Positions 26,703-36,612 of a stretch of 64,000 bases of DNA are shown in pieces. A program made the translations under genes and the position numbers. Under the pieces are notes generated by a model. It ran no database searches. It saw nothing but the letters and a program-made list of their open reading frames with translations, and was not told the origin of the DNA. Numbering within the stretch: position 1 is the stretch's first letter; each line of letters begins with the position of its first letter. Source of the stretch: a virus; the IMG/VR virus record IMGVR_UViG_3300047476_001680, positions 1 through 64,000 of that record, one strand, 5' to 3'.

Positions 26703-27832
26703 TTAAGTTTATTGATCTAAAAAGGCAATATCAGGGAATTCGCGAACAAGTTTTAGATGCAGTGGACTCTGTGTTGTCCACTGGGCAGGTTCTAGATGGT
26801 GCTAATATAGAACACCTAGAAGGCGCTATAGCGAGAATGACCAATCGCCGTTATGCGGTGGCTGTAAATTCGGGAACGCAGGCACTCATCTTTGCCGTCA
26901 GAGCTCTTGAAGAAACAAATAAAACAGGTAATGTCAGAAACAAAATATTGATACCTTGTATAAGTTTTGTAGCAACGTTAAACTCTGTTCTAGAGACTCA
27001 TAATAATCCAGTTTTTTGTGATGTAGACTATCAGGGTCTCCTGGATATTACTACATTAACCAAGCCCTTTGATCGATCATCAGACAGGCGCCCTTTTGAT
27101 ATTGTAATGTATGTTAATATTTTTGGTAACACCATTGACTACGACAAGTTCTACACTGCGGTTAAGTTTTTTGGTGACCAAGACATACCCATCATTGAAG
27201 ATGCTGCACAGAGTTTAGGTGCAAAATACAAAGGTATACCCAGTGGCAAACTGGGTGATATTAGCATACTAAGTTTTGACCCTACCAAAAATTTGCCTAA
27301 CTATGGTTCGGGCGGTATGATACTCACCGACGATGCAGCAGAGTATGCTTTGCTACGAGATCTAAGAGATAACGGCAAATACGATAACTATTCTAGAACT
27401 GGAATCAATAGCAAGATGAGTGAGCTAGATGCAGCCGTGATGCTAGTAAAGCTAGAGCATTTCCCCAAGTGGCAGAAAAGACGCACTGATATAGCTAATT
27501 ACTATACACAAGAGCTACAAGACTATGTACAAGTGCCCAAGATCACGCAGGATTGTGAGCCAGCCTGGCACAAGTATGTTATAAGATATGCTGACCGCAG
27601 TATTCTCAAAGCTCACTTAATGCGTGAAAATATTGAAACAAAAATACACTACGACACGCCACTTTTTGACCTACCGCTGGGATTTAGTTACGCTGATTTT
27701 AAATCAACTATGTATACCAATGCTATGATGTTTAGTCGTAGCTGCCTCAGCTTACCCATATATCCCGAGCTAAGTGACCTAGAAGTAGAGCGAATAGTTA
27801 ACAGTGTCAAAAGTGGTGCCGCAAGGACCTAG
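26684..27832 (+). CDS. DegT/DnrJ/EryC1/StrS PLP sugar aminotransferase
   Basis: NSGTQAL, IEDAAQS, SFDPTKNL and LSLPIYP motifs. Confidence 0.92.
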   Translation: MEKPDLIKFIDLKRQYQGIREQVLDAVDSVLSTGQVLDGANIEHLEGAIARMTNRRYAVAVNSGTQALIFAVRALEETNKTGNVRNKILIPCISFVATLNSVLETHNNPVFCDVDYQGLLDITTLTKPFDRSSDRRPFDIVMYVNIFGNTIDYDKFYTAVKFFGDQDIPIIEDAAQSLGAKYKGIPSGKLGDISILSFDPTKNLPNYGSGGMILTDDAAEYALLRDLRDNGKYDNYSRTGINSKMSELDAAVMLVKLEHFPKWQKRRTDIANYYTQELQDYVQVPKITQDCEPAWHKYVIRYADRSILKAHLMRENIETKIHYDTPLFDLPLGFSYADFKSTMYTNAMMFSRSCLSLPIYPELSDLEVERIVNSVKSGAART

Positions 27833-30191
27833 CGTAGTCTGCTAGCCAGGCCCAGTCAAAACTTAATTTAATCTTGTCGTAATCACCAGCCACTTGCTCG
27901 TAGTAATCAAGAGCATCCTGTGCCCCCTGAAGGCACCAGTCGGCATTCTCTCCCTCAGCCCTCGTAGTCCAGACTTTTAGTCTGTGACTAGTCTCTATGG
28001 TTTCAGTCTGACTATTAAAGTGTTTGAGCTTTAGTACTTCACGAAATGCTGTACGCCAGGTCATCCAGGGATTTTGATTGAAATGTGCCACACCGGAAAG
28101 CACAGGCACACTCTCGTGAGCTTGGCTTAGAGTAAAATCTATGCCGGGTTGGTTATTCTCTAGTACTAACTTTTTATTATAGGCGATAAGACCCTGATGA
28201 CCATACTCCAGTCCATTAAGAATATTCTTACTGTTAAAAATATAATGTTTAGGCTGCTGGAAATAATCTGGTTGCCAATAAAAATTAAAATCTGGAGTTA
28301 TCTCTAGTTTAGCAAACACTGCAAAGAACCAGGGAGTATGGCTTAACTCCGCGGCTGCTTGATAGGCGGCTGTCCTGCCATTGACATTTTGTACTCTACG
28401 CACCTTTTTACTGGCAATGTTCGCAAGATGATTGTACCAATGCTCAGCATCAGGTTCCCCGTTACTGATATAGATTATATCCAGAGGTTGATCAATACTT
28501 AGTTTATTTTTTGTTTTGTTGATATAGGGATAATCGTAGATCTGTGTGTTGATGTGACCCTTGGCGTCACGTGGCACATAGCAAACACTGTTACTGGGAC
28601 AGAAGCTGACTAACTCTCTGTCTTTATGTGACCATAGACAGACATTGTCCATTATATGTGTATGTGATCGGTTGGTAAACAGTGCGTAGGGAGTTTTAAA
28701 CTGATGCTTGCTTATTTCTTCAGTGAGATTGTCTGAATCATACTTAACAATATCCTGAGGAAAACGTAATACTATTTGATCTTCACAGTAGTTTATGATA
28801 TTAAACCAATCCAGCAGTTCAAGATCATACATCTGTTGTTTAAAGCTGGGCACGTGAATATAAAATGTATCACCACGTTTCAACACACCCGTGGGGAAAC
28901 AATGTATCATTTCTCTCTGACTGCCGTCAGGATGCCAGGTAAAATCAAATTTACTGTAATCACAAATGCTGCTAACGATCCAGACGAACTCAGTGTCAGC
29001 CAGGCTCATTATGCGCTTAAAAACATTGAGATGGTTGTCCACGTACCTGGTGCTTTTGATATCCGGAAAACGTTCTTTTAATTCTTCCAGTTGTCGCTTG
29101 CTTTCTGGATTTAGGAAATCCATATAGAATATCTGCGTGGCATTGGTGCGTATTTTCTGGCCGGCCACATATTTGATGCCGGCGGTGCCATTGTATATGG
29201 GCCCGCCTTCTCTCTGCCACTGAGTGGGGAATCTGTATTCGTAATCTGGCTCAAATCTAGAAGGGTGCCAACTAAAATCAAAGCCTGTAGTATCTATGCC
29301 AGCGGGCACTGTCCACCGTGACATATCAGGCAATGCTGTGGCAGTGGGAGTATATACAATTTTAACTCCAGCAGTTCCACGATAGATTGGCCCACCAGAA
29401 CTTTGCCATTGGGTACCAAAATGATATTCGTAGTCTAGGTCCCTAAAGTCAGGATGCCAACTAAAATCAAAGCTTGCTTGGTCAATATTGTCGGGCACTG
29501 ACCACCGGGACATATCAGGAAGTGCTCGGGCTGTTTGTGCCGTTTCTAGTTTTATGCCAGCTACTCCCTGGTATATTGGTCCACCCGTTTTTTGCCACTG
29601 GGTACCAAAATGGTATTCATAGGCAGGTTCCCTTATATCAGGATGCCAACTAAAGTCAAAATTGCTAGTATCTATGTTAGCTGGTATTTTCCACCGAGAT
29701 AAGTCAGCAAGAGCGTGTGCACGTTGCTCGCTGGCTAACTTTGTACCCTTGGTGCCTGGGTATATTGGTCCACCAGTGTCTTGCCATTGCGTGCCAAAAT
29801 AATGCTCGTAATCACCATCAGTAAAGTCTGGGTGCCAGCTAAAATCAAATTTTTCTTCGTCTATATGTACAGGTATACGCCATACAGACTTTACACTTTG
29901 TCTAATTACTCGTTGATCGCTTCTAAAATTATACTGTAATTGAGCAGCGGAACCTTTTCTAGCAAAATAAGTTCCACCATTGCGCTGATGCTGCGAAGGA
30001 AAAACGTGCACGTGGTCTCGTTCCCAGGGTGGTGGTTGCCAGAAAAAATTGAAACCAGTGTAATCATTATGGCCATCAAGGAACCAGAAGAATTCAGTTC
30101 GCGACAGTTCAGCAGCTTCAGCTAAACTGTTAGCAGAACGCTCAAAGGCGAATAATCCTGTGGGTTGGTTTTTATAGAAAACGTCAAACAT
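27807..30191 (-). CDS. Glycosyltransferase-like protein with tandem 63-aa Trp-rich repeats
   Basis: Four FDFSWHP...TQWQ..GGPIY repeats; C-domain (DIIYISNGEP, WRTAFRE) resembles the 44393-45328 protein. Confidence 0.65.
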   Translation of the reverse strand: MFDVFYKNQPTGLFAFERSANSLAEAAELSRTEFFWFLDGHNDYTGFNFFWQPPPWERDHVHVFPSQHQRNGGTYFARKGSAAQLQYNFRSDQRVIRQSVKSVWRIPVHIDEEKFDFSWHPDFTDGDYEHYFGTQWQDTGGPIYPGTKGTKLASEQRAHALADLSRWKIPANIDTSNFDFSWHPDIREPAYEYHFGTQWQKTGGPIYQGVAGIKLETAQTARALPDMSRWSVPDNIDQASFDFSWHPDFRDLDYEYHFGTQWQSSGGPIYRGTAGVKIVYTPTATALPDMSRWTVPAGIDTTGFDFSWHPSRFEPDYEYRFPTQWQREGGPIYNGTAGIKYVAGQKIRTNATQIFYMDFLNPESKRQLEELKERFPDIKSTRYVDNHLNVFKRIMSLADTEFVWIVSSICDYSKFDFTWHPDGSQREMIHCFPTGVLKRGDTFYIHVPSFKQQMYDLELLDWFNIINYCEDQIVLRFPQDIVKYDSDNLTEEISKHQFKTPYALFTNRSHTHIMDNVCLWSHKDRELVSFCPSNSVCYVPRDAKGHINTQIYDYPYINKTKNKLSIDQPLDIIYISNGEPDAEHWYNHLANIASKKVRRVQNVNGRTAAYQAAAELSHTPWFFAVFAKLEITPDFNFYWQPDYFQQPKHYIFNSKNILNGLEYGHQGLIAYNKKLVLENNQPGIDFTLSQAHESVPVLSGVAHFNQNPWMTWRTAFREVLKLKHFNSQTETIETSHRLKVWTTRAEGENADWCLQGAQDALDYYEQVAGDYDKIKLSFDWAWLADYARSLRHHF
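29150..29890 (-). repeat. Four 189-bp coding tandem repeats (ends approximate)
   Basis: Equivalent GG(A/G)TGCCA(A/G)CTAAA blocks at about 29263, 29452, 29641 and 29830. Confidence 0.85.
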
Positions 30192-30699
30192 CTAAAATCT
30201 GTTCTACTTGAATACCTGAAGCTTTGAGAAACTTGATGCCAGCATCATCACGATAGTTGGCACCGTAGAAAACTCTCTTAATACCTGATTGATAAATTAG
30301 TTTTGCACAGTCAATGCAGGGGCTATGGGTAACAAAAATATCAGCACCATCCCCACTTTCACTGGACTTGGCTAATTTAGAGATAGCATTGGACTCGGCG
30401 TGCAGTACTTCGGGTCTAGTCACTAACTTGTATCTACCCACTGATACATTTTCAGTATATTCTTCCAAGGGCCATAGTTCCTCAACCTCTGGCAGACTTA
30501 ACCACCCGCCCGCATCCTGCGGCATCCATTCACGTGTTTCACAATTATTGTCCCAGCCAGCCGGCATACCATTGTACCCAATAGAGATAATTCTATCGTC
30601 TTTGACCACAATGGCGCCCACTTGGAGACGTTTGGCGTAACTAAGTCCAGCAAATGTCTTGGCTGTGGACATATAAGCCCGCTTAAATTTTTCTTTCAT
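30184..30699 (-). CDS. dCMP deaminase
   Basis: GYNG, HAESNA and PCIDC motifs. Confidence 0.92.
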   Translation of the reverse strand: MKEKFKRAYMSTAKTFAGLSYAKRLQVGAIVVKDDRIISIGYNGMPAGWDNNCETREWMPQDAGGWLSLPEVEELWPLEEYTENVSVGRYKLVTRPEVLHAESNAISKLAKSSESGDGADIFVTHSPCIDCAKLIYQSGIKRVFYGANYRDDAGIKFLKASGIQVEQILDV

Positions 30700-31808
30700 T
30701 ATTCACACATTTCTAAAAAAGGGTAAACTAGGTCGTTCACTAGTCTATATTCTACTACGTCTGCATTAAAAAATAAATGATAATTATGTTCAATTTTACC
30801 TTCAGTGATTCTATCATATAAAAATTTTGATGATTTTTTGTTCGAATACACATTGCCTTGCAATTTTTTCACATTTTCAACAATCTGGTCTAATCGCACA
30901 TACGCATCATCTGTCTCATCATAGCTTTCATCAAATAGGTTATCATAAGTTTCAAATCCCAAACTCTTTAAATGTTTCACAATGCCCGGCTGGCCGTGTA
31001 TTATAAAAGGATGCCCGTACATTATGGGTTTATAAGTTTTTTCTGTTATAAACAGTGGAGAATCAAAATTATTTTTATTATGGAGAAAAGGCTGCCTTAT
31101 TACACAGGTTTCCGATACCAAGCTAAAATATGTATCATTGTACCAATCTGGATTAAAATACCTGTCGTTAATTATTCCCAGGTTTTCATATTCCCATAAA
31201 TTATATTGATTTTCAAAATTGATATTTCTAGGAAGGTATATATTTTCCTTCATACAACTATACAATACGTCAGGCAATAACGGTTCCATTTTCTTCAAGA
31301 GTTCTTCTCTATGATTTCTTAATCTACCGATGGGCATTAATGCCAGTTTATTTCTATTTGCTTCGCGAGGATAGGAGAACTTGTGAAAGATTAGTTTCTT
31401 GTCACCCCTGAAACTTTCCCAGCCATTCAAATGTCTAAATACTTCGTTGAACCAAAACCAATTAGTTACATTGAATATTTCAAATTGATTATAAATTTCC
31501 GGATGGTGTTCGGGATAATATTCTGTAAAATGCCATATAATAACCTTAAACCCGTCATTTCGAAGTGACGCATAAAGTGGTAAATTATTTAAAAATTGTT
31601 CTTGATTATAAATGTCACAAATTACAAAGATATGTTGAGTTTTATCATAGGATTTTGTTTCATCATATATTTCTATATTAAAAAAATTTTCAAAAAAAGG
31701 CCGCATATTCAAGCCGAAATATGCTGTAGATGATTTTTCATAAAAATCTTTTCGACGGAACCAATATTTTTCAGTTGCCCAATCCAATAAAACAATAGTT
31801 TTCTTCAT
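30699..31808 (-). CDS. Putative glycosyltransferase (GT10-like C-domain)
   Basis: SLVSET...FITEKTYKPI...HPFII resembles the fucosyltransferase TEK motif; AT-rich. Confidence 0.45.
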   Translation of the reverse strand: MKKTIVLLDWATEKYWFRRKDFYEKSSTAYFGLNMRPFFENFFNIEIYDETKSYDKTQHIFVICDIYNQEQFLNNLPLYASLRNDGFKVIIWHFTEYYPEHHPEIYNQFEIFNVTNWFWFNEVFRHLNGWESFRGDKKLIFHKFSYPREANRNKLALMPIGRLRNHREELLKKMEPLLPDVLYSCMKENIYLPRNINFENQYNLWEYENLGIINDRYFNPDWYNDTYFSLVSETCVIRQPFLHNKNNFDSPLFITEKTYKPIMYGHPFIIHGQPGIVKHLKSLGFETYDNLFDESYDETDDAYVRLDQIVENVKKLQGNVYSNKKSSKFLYDRITEGKIEHNYHLFFNADVVEYRLVNDLVYPFLEMCE

Positions 31809-32032
31809 TATTTTTTATTTCTATTGGCCACTGCGTCCTTGAGCATAGCCTTAACCATTAATATGACTCTATTTTTTTCTTTCTCGGCTAACAATTTTAC
31901 TAGCACTTGTTTATCTTCGTAACTTTTAGCATTGTCCAAAAACTCGGGAGGAACAGTTAGCTTGGGTTTTTTGGGTTTAAATTTTTTAAAATCATTTGCG
32001 TCGTCATCGTTCATTTTATTATTATTCTCCAC
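31808..32032 (-). CDS. Hypothetical protein
   Basis: 74-aa basic ORF, TAATG coupling. Confidence 0.55.
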   Translation of the reverse strand: MENNNKMNDDDANDFKKFKPKKPKLTVPPEFLDNAKSYEDKQVLVKLLAEKEKNRVILMVKAMLKDAVANRNKK

Positions 32033-32045
32033 GATATTTTTATTT

Positions 32046-33524
32046 TTAACTACACACTTTTACACCATACATTTTTTCGAACCTGTCTGCATCCAGGCGA
32101 TCATTGACTATCGGCTCGCCACGTACATTCAAGCTAGTATTTAACAGCATAGGACAGTCTGTGATCTCGTACCAACGTTCCAGTAAAGATCTGATGCCTG
32201 AATTGGAATCTTTACCGACTGTCTGCACTCTACTAGTACCGTCCACGTGTACTATGGCAGGAAAGAGATCAGGTTGTTTACATTTTGCCACCACTTGCAT
32301 ATAGGGGCTTGATTTCCACCCACGCGGCATTTCAAAATAATTGTCCACAAGTTCCTCTAGAATTACTGGGGCGAAAGGTCTGAATTTTTGTCTACGCTTT
32401 ATTTCGTTAACTCGATCCTTGATATCGGTACCTCTTGGATCTGCTAATAAACTTCTATTGCCCAATGCCCTGGGTCCAAATTCTGCGCGACCGCTAGCAA
32501 CGCCCACAATGCCATCAACCAGTAAACTATCAAGAAGGTCATCAACAGGGTATGGACCAGGTATATTATTCCCAATATAAGCGTTAGTCCAATTAAGCTG
32601 ACTCCCATAAGCGAGGGCCGCAGCACCAAGGCTACTACCAGCATCGCCGGGATTAGGCATAATCCAAATATTCTCAAAGTATTCTCCTAAATTTCTATTG
32701 GCTAGACAGTTCAACGCCACCCCGCCACTGTAAACTAAATTATTACTATTGTTTAGATTTCGAGCTCTTGAAAAAACTTTTTTCAGAATTCTTTCTGTCA
32801 CTTTTTGTGCACAAGCGGCTATTTCTTCTTTTTCAAAAAAAGCTAGTTCATTTTCAGAGATTCCCAAATGTAAATTTAGTTTAAAAGAAGACTCGGCAAT
32901 ATCGTCAATGTATTTGCGTTCTAAAATACTATAATGGTAAGGACGAGCATAGGCGCTCATCCCCATCAATATATATTCTTCTTCGTTGGGTTTTAGCCCC
33001 ACTCTTTTGGTCATTGCACTATAAAATAAACCAATACTATGTGGATACTTTTTTGACCAAAGCTTTTCATATCGGGCACGGCCGCCTACGAGTGAAGCAT
33101 TCCAGATTGATATAGTATCAAACTCCCCAATGGCATCAATGACCACAACAGTGGCGCGGTCGAATCCACTGGTTTGGAATCCCGCAGCGGCGTGACTGAG
33201 ATGATGTCCGTAGGTTTTTATTTTAAAATTATTTAAATTGATGGGGAGTTGTTGCTGTAGTATTTGTCTAGTAGTAAACTTGTCCAGTTCTAGACCTTGT
33301 CCACTATATAAGCGACGTAATTGTTTAAGCCAAGGTCGTTCAAAATAAGCTAGGGTATTGATGGGAAATGCAAAAGCATCACTTATTAAAGACTTATGTA
33401 AGTTGGGGTCGTTTTTTATTTTGCTGTAACGTTCACTGTGCCCAGCAAACAGTATGTCCCCTTGTGGACTAACGACACTAAGAGCAGCATCGTGATCACC
33501 CGCCGATATACCTAATATGTTCAT
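32046..33524 (-). CDS. Carbamoyltransferase (NodU/CmcH/TobZ family)
   Basis: HDAA, HHLSHAA, DAIGE, GGVALNC, EFGPRALGNRS, RPFAP and LNTSLN motifs. Confidence 0.93.
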   Translation of the reverse strand: MNILGISAGDHDAALSVVSPQGDILFAGHSERYSKIKNDPNLHKSLISDAFAFPINTLAYFERPWLKQLRRLYSGQGLELDKFTTRQILQQQLPINLNNFKIKTYGHHLSHAAAGFQTSGFDRATVVVIDAIGEFDTISIWNASLVGGRARYEKLWSKKYPHSIGLFYSAMTKRVGLKPNEEEYILMGMSAYARPYHYSILERKYIDDIAESSFKLNLHLGISENELAFFEKEEIAACAQKVTERILKKVFSRARNLNNSNNLVYSGGVALNCLANRNLGEYFENIWIMPNPGDAGSSLGAAALAYGSQLNWTNAYIGNNIPGPYPVDDLLDSLLVDGIVGVASGRAEFGPRALGNRSLLADPRGTDIKDRVNEIKRRQKFRPFAPVILEELVDNYFEMPRGWKSSPYMQVVAKCKQPDLFPAIVHVDGTSRVQTVGKDSNSGIRSLLERWYEITDCPMLLNTSLNVRGEPIVNDRLDADRFEKMYGVKVCS

Positions 33525-34140
33525 AAACTTTATTAGCAATTAATTTATGCCCTTCGGGATTGGGATGACCCCGAGGCATTTTGGATAATTTGTTAGTCCA
33601 CTCATCGGTACTATCAAACATTGTTTTATCTACAAACATATCCATATCAATATTTTTTACAAGATCTTGATGTAAATGATTAAATTTCATATGCAATTTA
33701 TTTGCATTATGACTGATAAACATCACGCAGGGTATTTGTTTTAACTTACACATACCTTGTATTAAAATTATCTGTCTCAGCCAATTGGTATAATAGTACT
33801 CAGGCTGATCGTGCAATACAGTATACTTAATTAAATCTACTCTGTGCTGTAAATTGTGATCATTGACCCAGGGACTAATCCGTCCTCCCCAAACATCATA
33901 TATTCCGTAGTTATCAGCTAATTCCATTCTTCCGGGATTGGTCCAGGAAATTACTAATAATTTGCAATCAGACAAAACTACATCTAGGGCTCTTTTTACT
34001 ATCCTGGTATTTCCGCAAGCTTCTTTACCAAGATTCGTGACTTCTCGTCCCAATAAATTTTGCAATACACTGGGCCAGGCGTCTGCCCTATCTGCCAGTT
34101 CAGCACCGTACGTAAAGCTACAACCCACTGCATATATCAT
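33496..34140 (-). CDS. SGNH/GDSL-like hydrolase or acyltransferase
   Basis: GCSFTYG at the N-terminus; GHPNPEGH at the C-terminus. Confidence 0.7.
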   Translation of the reverse strand: MIYAVGCSFTYGAELADRADAWPSVLQNLLGREVTNLGKEACGNTRIVKRALDVVLSDCKLLVISWTNPGRMELADNYGIYDVWGGRISPWVNDHNLQHRVDLIKYTVLHDQPEYYYTNWLRQIILIQGMCKLKQIPCVMFISHNANKLHMKFNHLHQDLVKNIDMDMFVDKTMFDSTDEWTNKLSKMPRGHPNPEGHKLIANKVYEHIRYIGG

Positions 34141-34143
34141 AAT

Positions 34144-34242
34144 TTAATAGATAAAAGGGTCGCGCTTTCGTAGTTCTTTGAGTTTTCGTCTATACTTAAT
34201 TTCTAGTTTAATTCTATTATATAAGTTTACTAACCATTTCAT
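34144..34242 (-). CDS. 32-aa basic microprotein, not in the supplied ORF track
   Basis: MKWLVNLYNRIKLEIKYRRKLKELRKRDPFIY; fills the intergenic gap; GGGGA upstream and TAAATA about 20 nt upstream. Confidence 0.65.
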   Translation of the reverse strand: MKWLVNLYNRIKLEIKYRRKLKELRKRDPFIY

Positions 34243-34244
34243 TT

Positions 34245-35351
34245 TTATGTCCCCACTGAGTATTTACTACTGAAGTCGTAGCCGGGTTTCATCATTTCTA
34301 TTTGCTGCATTTCATAATCTGAATCTGACCAGCAGTAATCATATTCTTGTCGCACGCCATCAACTTCAATTGCCTGAATGTTTAGATGATTTCCCAATAT
34401 TTTCCATATTTGCTGTGCATCAGTGGTACCAAAGCTTCCCATCAAATCCACTTGACCAATGGGTAAATACCCTAAACTTAATTTTGGATCATTAAGGGCT
34501 CTACCATTGCGGGTCAACCACTCCTTGAATTTATCCTGCTGTTCAGTATGCCAGTAGGCTGGTCCACCATAGACCACATCATTGCCCCATTCTACGTCGA
34601 ACTCGCCACTGTAGAATTTTAGCTCAGTTATCGCCTCACAGACGGTGTCAGTTAAATCAGGAGCACCCTCATCTCTAAAAACTTCAAACAATGTTTTTCC
34701 AATCTGTGTCCAGTGCATATACACCCCACCTAGCACTCTATCGTAACCATTGATGGAAAATAACTCCCTGTGCTCATCAGTTAATAGATATCTTGGCGCT
34801 TGTAGAAAGGTAGTTATCTGGCTGGGTCTAATCCAGAAAGGAACAGTTTGTAATTTTCTCTGACTTAAAACATAGCTTTCTAATTCGTGACAGATATTAT
34901 TAAGTTGCCTTATGGCATACTTGGTCTCGTAGTTTGCCTTCTTATAATAATCACTTAACTCCCAAACAGTACCTTGTAACACTTCAAAGTGATTGTGAAG
35001 CAAGTTAAAGACTTCGTGATTGGGACCTAGATCCTGATCATCGGTCCAGAGATCTTTTGTGTACTTTTCTGAAATTGTATAGGAATCTTTAAAAAAATTA
35101 TTGATAGTATCAATGTGTTTGTTTAAATTCTCGGTAAGATATCCCAGATTCCTAGCAGTATAAGGGAATCCCATAAAGCAATAATTTTTTTCTAGGTGCT
35201 TATTATTATGTAATAGTTCTTTAAGTGCAAAGAGCCAATCCCGTGCAAGAACGTTGTCTGCAGGAATTATATTGTATTCTATAGTGTCTTTTTTATTCCA
35301 GGGATTGGATAATATTACTTTAACTAATTGTTTTGTACCAGTCATAGACAT
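34245..35351 (-). CDS. Hypothetical protein at the end of the radical SAM array
   Basis: 368 aa; LHNHFE and HELE His/Glu motifs suggest metal binding. Confidence 0.7.
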   Translation of the reverse strand: MSMTGTKQLVKVILSNPWNKKDTIEYNIIPADNVLARDWLFALKELLHNNKHLEKNYCFMGFPYTARNLGYLTENLNKHIDTINNFFKDSYTISEKYTKDLWTDDQDLGPNHEVFNLLHNHFEVLQGTVWELSDYYKKANYETKYAIRQLNNICHELESYVLSQRKLQTVPFWIRPSQITTFLQAPRYLLTDEHRELFSINGYDRVLGGVYMHWTQIGKTLFEVFRDEGAPDLTDTVCEAITELKFYSGEFDVEWGNDVVYGGPAYWHTEQQDKFKEWLTRNGRALNDPKLSLGYLPIGQVDLMGSFGTTDAQQIWKILGNHLNIQAIEVDGVRQEYDYCWSDSDYEMQQIEMMKPGYDFSSKYSVGT

Positions 35352-36612
35352 CTTTTCTTGTTGATAATATTTCTTCCAGGCAAGTACTAGCCTTGCGTCT
35401 TGATTCCATTTTTAATATTTGGTTTTTACCAGATGCTAGGTGCTTGATATAATCGTCACCATACTGTTCCTGATAGGTAGGTCTGTTTTTAAGTTGTACC
35501 AGTATATCTTTTAGTGACCCTGAAACTTGTGGTACAAGTTCATCTACCCAGGGGTCTAAAATTTCCCTGGGCAGAGCCAAGGGCGATAAGATTATATCTG
35601 GACTAAAACTAAAAATGACCTTGGATAGCACATCTACCCCTAGCGTTTGCGCGAGCTGCTGTATTTTGACAACTTCAAACATTCCGGGCAGAGTGAGCGT
35701 AAAGTCAATTCTGAGCTGACGTGAGTGAGTTCTGATCTCAAGTCCTTGACGGAAGTTCTCAAGCCACTGGTCGTAGTCAAGACCTGTTCTAATGTATTCT
35801 CCAATTGCTCCTGTACCGTCGAGGCTCGCACATATCTGCCAATCACGAAGCCCAGTAAGAATGTCACGGTAAAGATTAATACCGCGATAATTAATTCTAG
35901 ATAAATTTGTGTTGTATCTTGCATAAACACGATGGCCGTCTCCTAATTCTATTATTCTTGCCATATAACGCCAATGTTGTTCATACATTAGTGGCTCACC
36001 ACCCACCCAGTAGACCTCTTCCACTCGGTGCTCTTCTACAGCTCTTCTGAATTCTTCTTCGATTTGTGTGTCCTGAAAACTTTCTATTTTAACTCTGTTT
36101 TCAGATTTCATCCAATTGTTTTTCGGATTGGACCAGTCAATATCATTAAACTGTCGGCGTTCTGATTCCCAACTACTACTTAGCATATCGCCACACATAC
36201 GACACTTAAAATTACATAGGTTACTGAACCTATAATCCCAACTAACAGGCTGCATAGTGGTGTAACCAGTGTTGTCTGTTTTAGCCATTGCCTCCGAATA
36301 CTTATGCCCAAACAGTTGATTAAAATAACTACGGTAAACGTCGGTGTTAAGAAGTTTGTGGTTGCAGACTTCGCACTCAGGCAATTCTTGTCCTGACATC
36401 ATACGACGTCTCACAGACTTCATATGTTCACTGTTCCAGTGTTCTTCTAGTGTTAGTGGACGATATTCTCCCGTGCCCGCATCAGTATCAATGTATTGTT
36501 GAAAGTTTTGCGCAGGTTCACGGCTAGCACAGCACATTCTTCGTTCAGTCTGCGGGCTTAGGTAGGTATGTACCCAGGGGGCCATACATAAAGTTTTGGG
36601 TTTATCTGACAT
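35320..36612 (-). CDS. Radical SAM protein with N-terminal SPASM/twitch-like domain (7th in transcription order)
   Basis: CMAPW, MCC, CEVC; CNFKCRMC; GGEP. Confidence 0.88.
   Translation of the reverse strand: MSDKPKTLCMAPWVHTYLSPQTERRMCCASREPAQNFQQYIDTDAGTGEYRPLTLEEHWNSEHMKSVRRRMMSGQELPECEVCNHKLLNTDVYRSYFNQLFGHKYSEAMAKTDNTGYTTMQPVSWDYRFSNLCNFKCRMCGDMLSSSWESERRQFNDIDWSNPKNNWMKSENRVKIESFQDTQIEEEFRRAVEEHRVEEVYWVGGEPLMYEQHWRYMARIIELGDGHRVYARYNTNLSRINYRGINLYRDILTGLRDWQICASLDGTGAIGEYIRTGLDYDQWLENFRQGLEIRTHSRQLRIDFTLTLPGMFEVVKIQQLAQTLGVDVLSKVIFSFSPDIILSPLALPREILDPWVDELVPQVSGSLKDILVQLKNRPTYQEQYGDDYIKHLASGKNQILKMESRRKASTCLEEILSTRKDVYDWYKTIS

Noticed and set aside
27807-27832. Terminator at the strand convergence point
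   Set aside because: The two genes overlap by 26 bp at their 3' ends and no convincing hairpin is visible.
29150-29890. CRISPR array or DGR template/variable repeats
   Set aside because: Units are in-frame 189-bp coding repeats with no spacers or adenine-specific differences; no cas or reverse transcriptase gene is present.
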